Assembly: GCA_050175015.1 (NCBI GenBank)
Contig: JBFXJJ010000001.1
Location: 64,001-128,000, forward strand
Length of the DNA: 64,000 bases
Reading direction: 5' to 3'
DNA from: Alphaproteobacteria bacterium
GTDB taxonomy: Bacteria > Pseudomonadota > Alphaproteobacteria > JBFXJJ01
Shown: positions 54,401 through 61,975 of the stretch, in pieces
How positions within the stretch are numbered: the first letter of the stretch is position 1
How the letters are laid out: every line of letters starts with the position of its first letter
The notes under the pieces: generated by a model
Databases searched by the model: none
What the model was told of the DNA's origin: nothing
Seen by the model: only the letters and a program-made list of their open reading frames with translations
Program-made: the position numbers and the translations under genes

Positions 54401-55121
54401 AATATATTTTAGGTGAATATTCTGATGTAAAATTATCTCTTAGCCAACCTATCCACTGCAAAAAATTTGGGTCATTTGCAGAAAACCCAATAAGACACAG
54501 AGTGTTTTCTAATAAAGATTGCTGAACCGTATTAACAAAGGGTTCGAATTTTTTAGGATATTTTCTATAATCTTCTTCTGTGATAATAAAAGGTCGTATT
54601 GTAGGAAAACTTCCATGTAGTTTAATAATCCTTGGGTTATCGGCATTTTGCAGATCTTCTGTCGTCGTTACTATATCGTATTTAACTTTATTCCATGGCT
54701 TTACCTTACAAGCCCTTTCTAACAGTGTGTCATAATTTGTGGTAAAAACATCAACCCATGGCAGTTCCAAAAGTTTTGAATGCAATAGGGATGGTTCGTA
54801 TTTCAAGTCGGGGATATTGTCTGTTAGAAATTGATTTAAAACTGTTCTACCAAAAACAGCTTCTACTTCTTCCGCAAGCTTTAATACATCTAAATATCTG
54901 GATTCTTCTGGTTTGTATCCATAGAGTTTTTCATAAAACTTATCGCCTAAAGCATCCCAGCTTGGAAAAGCATTTAGATCGTCTGATGCAGCATTTTTAC
55001 TAAAACCAGCTCCAATCATTACCGCAGCATGGCCCGAATAAAGCCGATCTGCTATTTCATCAATAAGTACGTTTGTCTCATCATAAAATATGCTATCCAT
55101 ATTATCCATCGCAACACTCAA
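51408..55121 (-). CDS. Defence-associated sirtuin (SIR2-domain NADase), Dsr1-like
   Basis: N-terminal SIR2 motifs GAGFS, FTTNYD, IIKLHGS, IGFSANDPNF, followed by a long helical region; 1237 aa. Confidence 0.85.
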   Translation of the reverse strand: MSVAMDNMDSIFYDETNVLIDEIADRLYSGHAAVMIGAGFSKNAASDDLNAFPSWDALGDKFYEKLYGYKPEESRYLDVLKLAEEVEAVFGRTVLNQFLTDNIPDLKYEPSLLHSKLLELPWVDVFTTNYDTLLERACKVKPWNKVKYDIVTTTEDLQNADNPRIIKLHGSFPTIRPFIITEEDYRKYPKKFEPFVNTVQQSLLENTLCLIGFSANDPNFLQWIGWLRDNFTSEYSPKIYLVTASRPTHSQYKLFEKRNIVVVDLSQQVRTNTNVSNFHYKALEYFLKKLKYKKPYNYNWPKEYHQKEELKELIPLWKKDRENYPGWCILPHNLREKLLTFTELHRFISSDEKKFPIPTDIKFMYELVWRLERCLYPLHHYEAEFIKKLLKKYLPFETLLNHKKEVVVCYDDKKYESLPWDDIKNAWIYLSFSLLRYFREKGKHNEWKKIKNKIEKIEGYLSAEQRARFYYECVLQDLFTFIVPDIEKTLNKWKKDETLPFWEAKRAGVLAELGRIEEAQSILEQSLNTIRLKINLKPTKDDLSLVSQEAYILWSFRKVSFSVRAKQGNYGDKNSSNIENHWNQFKIFGIDPEIENLLFSQALTREATIYREKIEKTDFDIGVIKSSYHWDIRGDKDYILAKQFLRFIEEIGSPFKVPMVNFAIREGNGVCKRIYKYNPYLAFIVQLRCGDRKNIDDFFSRSFFNQFDQKQTDLQIEFILDILEKNQTEIRDGNTYDKPNFGILFAQIGSDILSRLCSKASLSKKDQLLYFLQTIYLSNQKNKYAGIKNLVRRLIESYNPYELWKRIPKLLSFPILDNLSDMAKDEFMNPFYFVTFDKDLLKDWARSEFAEIQINELIKYTDSGNANGRAWAIISLAKLHEYGLLTEEQNNNFAKALWSKVDNNGLPENMDFYKFVLLTLPSPKETFVNDLVKNYVLKLPLPTTNGNKSYTGTRGKIEFCDELIGLGDKQIWSIKDIKGILDRLVEWWDADKEELRNEENKKIMLFGSRYDEFKARFCALIRVLFYMIIPNLDQIVDAKTKRTLSKLIKELEIYELHNVQLKVAALNIFPEWKEEIVTEITNNIASNDEETININLHAGLVLLKKLNIDFSKSKLEGLISFVAQAVCWRRKLALSSSMHFVTEAIKIRPDLLNESAQRLVLQGLEYLAKETSPQNDTTVKEEADKLLIRQNSARLAYALYSYFLEREQDISEEINVWKQICQDTNEFSEVRNQWPRY

Positions 55122-55631
55122 AAATCCATAGGTTAAAAAAAGTATTGTAACTCTCTGGATTGCTTATAGCAAAATGATTTGTGCCTTTTTGAACTTATTT
55201 CCTCAACACCACTTCTGATCTTTCAAAAACATCTTCCAGAAAGGAGAATTGGATGGTAATGTTGGCGGTTTGGAAGGCCTAGCGAGGATTATAGTATTGA
55301 TAACGCAAGTTTTAATTATAACTTTAAGCTTGAAGGAGGCAAAATAATCTTTATGAATACCTAGATAAAAATGTAAAGCCAAAACGTATTGAATTTTGCA
55401 AGGAAAACAAAAAAAATCTGGAAAAAAGGCAAAAAGTGTTGTCAATGTGAAGGCAAAAATCTTTAGCTTTTCCATAGCTAAGGAGACGTTTTTTATGATT
55501 AAAAATCACTGTTATTCTTTAGTATTATAATAATTACCTCTTAAACACAATTTCTAAATACTTTAATAGTACATTAAACTTTGTATCTAAAACGCTTTTA
55601 AAAGTTAGCTTAAGCTTTATATCTAAATTAG

Positions 55632-57317
55632 TTATTGCTCAATATCCTGAGTTGTATCGAAAAAGATATCTACTTCTATTTTAGGAAAAAACATAAAATC
55701 TACAAAAGATACAACCTCGTTTCCTTCCTCGTTTTCTGATATTACAAAGCCATCAAAACGGTTAAAAGTTATAGGACCAATGTGCCTTAACAATCTGCAA
55801 TATGAAAAAAAATCTTTCCCAATTTTATTAAGAAAAGTAAAATATCTTATAGAAATAATATTTTCAACGTCTTCAACAACTTTAATGTTTTCATCTTTTT
55901 CAAATTTTTCAATATCCTTCGGCGTCATTATCTTACTATTTGCCAGATATTTTTGATTTAAATCTCTAAAAAAGTCTTGGAGCCTTCTTAATAAGGTTGC
56001 ATCATTGTTTTCATAGATAGGATTTCTTCCTACTTTCTTAAAATTGTATTTGCTAATTTCTTCTGCCAATTCAGTAAATGTATATTTTTTTTCGTTGTTT
56101 TTCTCTTTTATCAAAGTTGCTATAGCTAGTATTTCTCGTAAATGCTTTTTTGTATTTAGGTTAAACACCATATTTTCTTTTTTATTTTTATCAAATACAA
56201 GAATATCTATTTCGATATTTTCTATAGGTTTTTCTTCATTGTTTTCTTTGCCATTAGGATAAATTTTAACCTCAATGTTTCCAGATATTCTTTCTATTAA
56301 CTGTTCAAAGTCTTTTTGTAATACATTAACATTCTCAAAATGATAAAATATGTTTTTTGATTCATGCAAATTATTTTTTAGATAGTCCTTAAAAGACTCA
56401 ATTTTTTCAGGGGCTTCCTCTTTTTCAAAAGGTTTTACTGAAGAAGGCCTGTTTTCAAGAATTACCTTAGAGTAACAGCTATCATAATGCGACTTTTCAT
56501 TATCTAATTTAACATAAGGAATTGTTTTAAATTTATTAAATCTACTTTTCAAAGTTGCTTCATCACCTAAAACATGAACAGAAAAACCTCTGGTATTGTC
56601 AATTTGATCTTTTATGAATTTTTTGTATGTATTATCAAGCTTTAAGCTTTGGATTGGAAAAGCGTTGTTTCCAGAGTAATCAAATACATATTTATTTCTA
56701 CCCCATAAAGAATAATTTTCCGTAAAACTAAAAATATTTTTTCTGTCATCTAACATATAAATTAACTTCCCAAGAGTAAGAAACTCCAATGACTCAAAAT
56801 CTGTTAATGTCTTTATTGAAAGCATTCTACATATTAAAATATCTACGAGTATGATTTCTTGCTGATTTTGACTCAATTTGTTGAATTCAGTTTTTGATAT
56901 TCCAATGGAGAAAAAATCATCTATAGAATACCTATCGATTTTCATATCTTTGTATAATGCTAAGAGCTCTGTTCTATTAGGAACTATAGGCCCAACCTTT
57001 TCATTTTCGTCAAAGTCTTGTGAGGTCATTTTCCCAAAACTAAGCACTTTTAAAAAATTAGCTCCAGATTGATTTTTTCGTTCCTCTTCAGGAAAATGAA
57101 CTTCATAGCGATTTAGTTCATTATATAACTCATCGATATTAGTAAAATTTTTATTAGGTGAACGTTTTAACCAAAGTCTTAATAAAATAAAAATGTTTTT
57201 TAAGCTTATTGTTTCTTCTGGATTAACAATAAACTTACTCATCTCATCAATAATATCAACCGTTGTATTTTCAGACAAATTATTAAATATCCTTCGTTTA
57301 TTCAATAATATTCGCAA
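55632..57317 (-). CDS. Hypothetical protein with possible C-terminal winged HTH
   Basis: 561-aa ORF; KKYTFTELAEEI...DATLLRRL looks like an HTH; start uncertain. Confidence 0.6.
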   Translation of the reverse strand: MRILLNKRRIFNNLSENTTVDIIDEMSKFIVNPEETISLKNIFILLRLWLKRSPNKNFTNIDELYNELNRYEVHFPEEERKNQSGANFLKVLSFGKMTSQDFDENEKVGPIVPNRTELLALYKDMKIDRYSIDDFFSIGISKTEFNKLSQNQQEIILVDILICRMLSIKTLTDFESLEFLTLGKLIYMLDDRKNIFSFTENYSLWGRNKYVFDYSGNNAFPIQSLKLDNTYKKFIKDQIDNTRGFSVHVLGDEATLKSRFNKFKTIPYVKLDNEKSHYDSCYSKVILENRPSSVKPFEKEEAPEKIESFKDYLKNNLHESKNIFYHFENVNVLQKDFEQLIERISGNIEVKIYPNGKENNEEKPIENIEIDILVFDKNKKENMVFNLNTKKHLREILAIATLIKEKNNEKKYTFTELAEEISKYNFKKVGRNPIYENNDATLLRRLQDFFRDLNQKYLANSKIMTPKDIEKFEKDENIKVVEDVENIISIRYFTFLNKIGKDFFSYCRLLRHIGPITFNRFDGFVISENEEGNEVVSFVDFMFFPKIEVDIFFDTTQDIEQ

Positions 57318-57485
57318 TAAATTTTAACCTACAGAAAACAATCTGTATAGAAAATTAAGTATCCCCCTTTTATCATTTTTTCCTAATTTATAAAGAAAAG
57401 CGAAAATGCAAAACCATTATTTTTGTGTGACAATTCAAGGTGTTGCCAATAGTGGTAGCAATAAATTTTTTAAACGAGGTTTTTA

Positions 57486-58190
57486 ATGACTGAAGCTAAA
57501 AGTAAATTTCTGGGCGAATTTCCCAACGAATACAATAAGTACGAATATAAGAGCAATTTTAGGTTATCAGACGATCGCCGTCATACAGCTATACTTTTAC
57601 AAGGGTTTGAGAGGTATATTAATAAAATCCCAGTTTATCATTTAAATACTATACCTAGTATTACAACAGCAAGCTTTCAACTAGGTATAGACTTTTCTGA
57701 ATATAACTTCAATGTCTTTTACGATAGGCGTGTTATGATTGAACCTAAGACTATTCAAGCCTTAGGAGAGAAGAGTTTTGAACTCTTGAAAAAAGAACTG
57801 ATACGATGTGAGGCAAGATTTATTGGAGAAAGTTACAATGATCCCAATCCAGTTTCTATAACTGATACGGGTGATGGCGTTGATAAGAAAAAAGTTGATT
57901 TCTTTGGCGAAAACCTAACTTGCTCTGTACCTATGATGAACGATGATAACCAACATCATGTAATTATTATTAAGGGTTTCAGAATGTTGCCCTCAGAATG
58001 CGAAGAATTTAATTATCAATTTTTAACTCCCGAAGGTAAATGGCAGGATGAATTCAGTGATTCTTGGGAAATTCTTGAGTATAGAGGAATCTCTTATATT
58101 GAGAAAATGATAAATAAAGGTCTTCAAATAAATCTGGCTTTTGATTTTAAAGATCATTTAGAAAAACTAACACTAGAACAATGTGCTTAA
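57486..58190 (+). CDS. Hypothetical protein
   Basis: 234-aa ORF with GAGG RBS; no recognisable motif. Confidence 0.7.
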   Translation: MTEAKSKFLGEFPNEYNKYEYKSNFRLSDDRRHTAILLQGFERYINKIPVYHLNTIPSITTASFQLGIDFSEYNFNVFYDRRVMIEPKTIQALGEKSFELLKKELIRCEARFIGESYNDPNPVSITDTGDGVDKKKVDFFGENLTCSVPMMNDDNQHHVIIIKGFRMLPSECEEFNYQFLTPEGKWQDEFSDSWEILEYRGISYIEKMINKGLQINLAFDFKDHLEKLTLEQCA

Positions 58191-58262
58191 TTCAATATGG
58201 CATAAATGCAGTGAGGGGATAACCCTCACCGCATAAATTTTTTTTAATAACCTAAACAAAGG

Positions 58263-58913
58263 ATGGCCATAATGGACCAAATGAACCCCTATGCCCAAAT
58301 GGCACCAAGTCCCAGCATTATTCGCAGGAATGCTGTTCGTAGAGAACAAAATCTTTATTCAAAAACTTTTAAAAAGTTACGTGGAAGATGGAAAGATCTA
58401 AGCCCTAAAGAAGAGCTCGTAATAATTTTTAATAACATTATCAATTATAGATATTTAATATTTACTCTTGTTTTATCTATAGGCTTTACCAAAAAATTAA
58501 AAGGGTTGAGCAACAAAGAAATGACAGACCTAGTCCGCCGCAGATTGAATACTAATTTTAAAAACAACCTTGGGTATCTACCAAAAATACTGTTTATTTT
58601 AGAAGGACAAGAAAGTCAATGCCTCCATTTGCATGGTGTAATTGGACCTAAATCCGATCTCATCCTTTCACAAAAGCAAAAAGAACGGATAGCTAAAATA
58701 ATGAAAAAAACAGCCTTCGGACCTGATTACAAAAATAACCCAATGTCAAAAAATATATTGCGACTAGGAGAAGTCTATGCTCCTAAGGGATGGCTACGTT
58801 ATATGGCAAAAGACTTTAAGAACACAAAAAAAGCCATCTATTCACAATTTTATATTTGCCATGATTTAAGAAGAGAGGCTAAAAAATATTATGAAAAAAC
58901 GCTCATTTGCTAA
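58263..58913 (+). CDS. Putative HUH (rolling-circle Rep-like) endonuclease
   Basis: FTL motif I candidate, ILE...LHLHG HUH motif II, WLRYMAKD YxxK motif III; basic protein. Confidence 0.6.
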   Translation: MAIMDQMNPYAQMAPSPSIIRRNAVRREQNLYSKTFKKLRGRWKDLSPKEELVIIFNNIINYRYLIFTLVLSIGFTKKLKGLSNKEMTDLVRRRLNTNFKNNLGYLPKILFILEGQESQCLHLHGVIGPKSDLILSQKQKERIAKIMKKTAFGPDYKNNPMSKNILRLGEVYAPKGWLRYMAKDFKNTKKAIYSQFYICHDLRREAKKYYEKTLIC

Positions 58914-59026
58914 GAAAATACTATGTGGTGAAACATGATGTTGTAATGGAAGACGTTGTTTTGGATCCAAATCTTAAAACAAGCGAAGAATTCTTTAATG
59001 GCCTGTAAAATAACGGCTGCTAACCA

Positions 59027-59059
59027 TGATAAAGGCAACTATTACAGTTGCCTTTATCA
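59027..59059. terminator. Perfect 14-bp hairpin (terminator-like)
   Basis: TGATAAAGGCAACT-attac-AGTTGCCTTTATCA between convergent transcription units. Confidence 0.6.
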
Positions 59060-59328
59060 CATAAAATTGTTGTTTTTTGTGTTAACTCTTTTAACTTTAC
59101 CTGAGGGACGTTTCAAATATTTTGCCATATCGGAATCACAGCAAAACACACTCACAATTAAAGGAGTGCTTTTATATATTCTCTCGGAAAGGGTTGCTAC
59201 GCCCCAGTTTTACAAGTTAAAATGTAAAACCAATTTAATTATTACTAGCTCGTTTTAAAAAAGCAAATATTTTTTACTTTTTTTGTATTTGTATTTGTTT
59301 TCAAATACATATTATTACTTTGATAAAA

Positions 59329-59727
59329 CTACTTAGGATTTTTTTCACGCCACCTTCTAAACGTATCAATATCATCTCTTACTAGTTTTAAGCACAGCAT
59401 TATAACCATAGCATCATCAGCAAGACCAATAATAGGAATAAAATCAGGAATAAGGTCAATTGGGCTAAAAACGTAAAGCAAGGCAACAACCATTGCCGCA
59501 ATTGAACTCCAAGGGATTTCTGTATAAGTATTGTCCCAGTAACAAGATACCATATCAAACATAGTCTTAACATCATCAATATATTCACTTAATAAAGATG
59601 AATCTCCGACTTTGTTAATTACTTCGTCTTTGTTTTTTAGAGCTTTCTCTAAATCTTTATTAGAAATAGATGCGGCTTGCTCTTTAATAAAGCTTTCGTT
59701 GATTTGTTCTTTATAATTTTGATTCAT
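59329..59727 (-). CDS. YkvA / DUF1232 family membrane protein
   Basis: ALLYVFSPIDLIPDFIPIIGLADD signature; start reassigned to the MNQNYK ATG with AGAGGA RBS. Confidence 0.9.
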   Translation of the reverse strand: MNQNYKEQINESFIKEQAASISNKDLEKALKNKDEVINKVGDSSLLSEYIDDVKTMFDMVSCYWDNTYTEIPWSSIAAMVVALLYVFSPIDLIPDFIPIIGLADDAMVIMLCLKLVRDDIDTFRRWREKNPK

Positions 59728-59758
59728 TTTAATATCCTCTTGTTTGATAAAACCAAAA

Positions 59759-59786
59759 GACCACCAGATATAACGATCTGGCGGTC
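59759..59786 (-). terminator. Leader terminator/attenuator upstream of the DUF1232 gene
   Basis: Minus strand GACCGCCAGAT-cgttat-ATCTGGTGGTC-TTTT, with a G-U pair only in this orientation. Confidence 0.65.
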
Positions 59787-59880
59787 GGGGTGTTAGCAAC
59801 CTATCCAAGAGAAAAGGCGATCAGATTTTGGTTACAATTCAAAGATTGTAACTTGGACATATACTGATACCACCCCGACC
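59783..59880 (-). ncRNA. c4/CI-like antisense RNA (phage immunity-type)
   Basis: Closing stem GGTCGGGGTG/CACCCCGACC, inner stems, and an unpaired segment CTCTTGGA-TA-GGTTGCTA complementary to the upstream site at 59921-59941. Confidence 0.6.
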
Positions 59881-60399
59881 ATAGATAAGGTCGAGGCGAC
59901 ATTTCTCGGCTTGTCTGCCGCTCTTGGAAAAAGGGTTGCTACGCCCTTGCTTACTTATAATTTAAGCAAGCAAAACAGATTATCTTTAAATATTGCATTT
60001 AAAGCAAGAGATTATTTCTCAATAAAACTATCATTGTAATAGAATGCGATATTCTTAACTCAAGTGTTAAGACATGCGAAGAGTTCTTTATTAGCGTATA
60101 AAATAAGTATTATATAGAATAGTAAAGAAAAATAATCAAAAAAGACAACTGTAGTAGCTTAATTTTTTTTAATCAAATTATTCATAAGCATATTAGTCAA
60201 GCAAATTGTTTATTTTAATGGTTGCATACTGTTCAATAGCTGGGATTAGTTGTTTAAAAACAAATTCATAATGTTAAATGCTTTTATACTTTCCTCATCA
60301 AAATTGTAGTTTAGCAAGATATTGCTATGAATTGTTGATTGTTATGTCATTCAATTTCAACAGCTTTCATTTATTTGTTTTCAAATTATAAGAATAGTT

Positions 60400-61251
60400 C
60401 TAACTGCCGATTATAGCAGCCTCAAATTTTTCTCTGTTTTTAATAATTACAGGAGCTTCTTTTGGGTTATCTAAAGCTTCTGCAATATCTAAACGCAGAC
60501 GTTTGCGGAAATAGTACAACAACGCACGGCGTATATTTATTCGAGAGCAGCCATCTTCCATATTGTAATCATGAGCAATAATTTTTTGCTGATTATCTCC
60601 TAACTTAGGGTTGGGAATTAGAACAACTTCAAAAGTATCATTCCACTCACTATCCTGCTGTCTTGAAACATTGGTTGCTTCTGGGTTGCGAACATCAAGG
60701 GTTCGAGAAAGAATAAAATCCTTAAATTTTTTATCGTCATGACAAAATGCTCGTGTGTGCCACCGAAGCCCATCGCTACCAAAAGCATGTGGTGTAATTC
60801 GTCGCCAAATTGGATCTGGTTTTTGATCGTTCATTGATTGATACAAGATTTCAATTGATGCTTGTTCTCTTATAGTATTTATGATTCTCTGTAAAATAGA
60901 CGAATCAATACGACGATAAGGAATAGGCATTACATCAACATAAGGAAAAACAGAAGCCTTGTTGTCTTGTTCCAAGTATAGTTGTCTTAGGTATTCGTCG
61001 GAATCTGGAGTGAAAAATTTCGGCTTAAATTCTTTTGAAGGAAAATATTTTTTTACACTCTTGTCATAACAGATGTTTTCCTGAGCCAATTCTTGATATT
61101 GGCTTAGATCTTTCGATGCCTGAGGCACTGATATATTAAAAAATTTTATAAGATCAGAGCGGTTTATTCCACCCTCCCAAAATAAACAAAACTCAATAAA
61201 TTCAAGACGTTGTTCAACACTCCAGCGAACATGTGATTTTTTGGCGACCAT
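60400..61251 (-). CDS. capW: WYL-domain transcriptional repressor, CapW-like
   Basis: wHTH RLEFIEFCLFWEGGINRSDL...SVPQASKD, WYL ITPHAF...RWHTRAFC...DFILSR; divergent from the CBASS operon. Confidence 0.88.
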   Translation of the reverse strand: MVAKKSHVRWSVEQRLEFIEFCLFWEGGINRSDLIKFFNISVPQASKDLSQYQELAQENICYDKSVKKYFPSKEFKPKFFTPDSDEYLRQLYLEQDNKASVFPYVDVMPIPYRRIDSSILQRIINTIREQASIEILYQSMNDQKPDPIWRRITPHAFGSDGLRWHTRAFCHDDKKFKDFILSRTLDVRNPEATNVSRQQDSEWNDTFEVVLIPNPKLGDNQQKIIAHDYNMEDGCSRINIRRALLYYFRKRLRLDIAEALDNPKEAPVIIKNREKFEAAIIGS

Positions 61252-61264
61252 AAAACCTCCAATG

Positions 61265-61332
61265 AGTATATAAACTATATTGACATATAAACTATATTGA
61301 CATATAAACTATTTTCATATAGTTTATATACT
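61265..61332. promoter_or_regulatory. Divergent promoter / putative CapW operator with 17-bp periodic repeats
   Basis: TATAAACTAT at 61269, 61286, 61303 and inverted ATAGTTTATA at 61319; TTGACA at 61280 and 61297. Confidence 0.65.
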
Positions 61333-61371
61333 AATAAAGACAATCAGGTCAATAGCAAATTGGAGGCAGAT

Positions 61372-61605
61372 ATGTCAAAAAATGATCGATATGTAGTAAA
61401 CCACCCAGATGGTTGGGCGGTAAAAAAGTCTGGAGCGACGCGTGCAAGTGGTGTCTACGAAACACAAAAAGAAGCCATTGGTGCTGCTAAAGAAATTGTG
61501 GGGCACGCGGGTGGCGGAGAAGTCCGTATTCAGGGAACCAATGGAAAATGGCGTGATTCTGACACGGTATCTCCTGGTAACGATCCGCATCCACCCAAGG
61601 GTTAA
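61372..61605 (+). CDS. DUF2188 domain protein
   Basis: ATG at 61372 with GGAGG RBS; YVV..H..GWAVK..GA.RAS..YETQKEAI, DPHPPKG end. Confidence 0.85.
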   Translation: MSKNDRYVVNHPDGWAVKKSGATRASGVYETQKEAIGAAKEIVGHAGGGEVRIQGTNGKWRDSDTVSPGNDPHPPKG

Positions 61606-61629
61606 TATCATAAAAAACGGAAAAGCATC

Positions 61630-61947
61630 ATGAACATTAAAGGTCTTAAGGAGTTTCAGAAGAAGCTTGAGCAATTGGAAGAAAATGCAAAATCTCTCGA
61701 TGGCCAACACAATATTGCTATTGCAGAACTGCTGACCCCAGAGTTTGTTTGCCATCACACGCAGTTTTCGTCTGTTGATGAGCTATTTGAAAACAGTGGT
61801 TTTCAGATTGAAAACTCAGATGATTTTGCCGCAATACCTGATAAAGAGTGGGATACATATATTCGTTCGGTTTCAAGTTTCAGTGATTGGCATACTATGC
61901 TTTCAAAAGCATCGGAAGAATGGGCCAAGAAAAAGCTTGGCCTTTAG
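61630..61947 (+). CDS. Small hypothetical protein in the CBASS operon
   Basis: 105-aa ORF tightly packed between DUF2188 and patatin genes. Confidence 0.8.
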   Translation: MNIKGLKEFQKKLEQLEENAKSLDGQHNIAIAELLTPEFVCHHTQFSSVDELFENSGFQIENSDDFAAIPDKEWDTYIRSVSSFSDWHTMLSKASEEWAKKKLGL

Positions 61948-61975
61948 AAATTATCCTTAAAAAAGAGATACGGAT

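Noticed and set aside
55203-55475. 90-aa minus-strand ORF upstream of the sirtuin
   Set aside because: No motif and low-complexity composition; cannot be supported as a gene.
58956-59258. 100-aa plus-strand ORF
   Set aside because: TTG start, no recognisable motif, and it overlaps hairpins and the duplicated antisense target; probably non-coding.
59728-59808. N-terminal extension MDRLLTPRPP... of the DUF1232 ORF
   Set aside because: It runs through the structured RNA and terminator; the ATG at 59727 has a good RBS.
61265-61332. CRISPR array or iterons
   Set aside because: Units are contiguous 17-mers with no unique spacers and no cas or rep gene adjacent; better explained as an operator/promoter.
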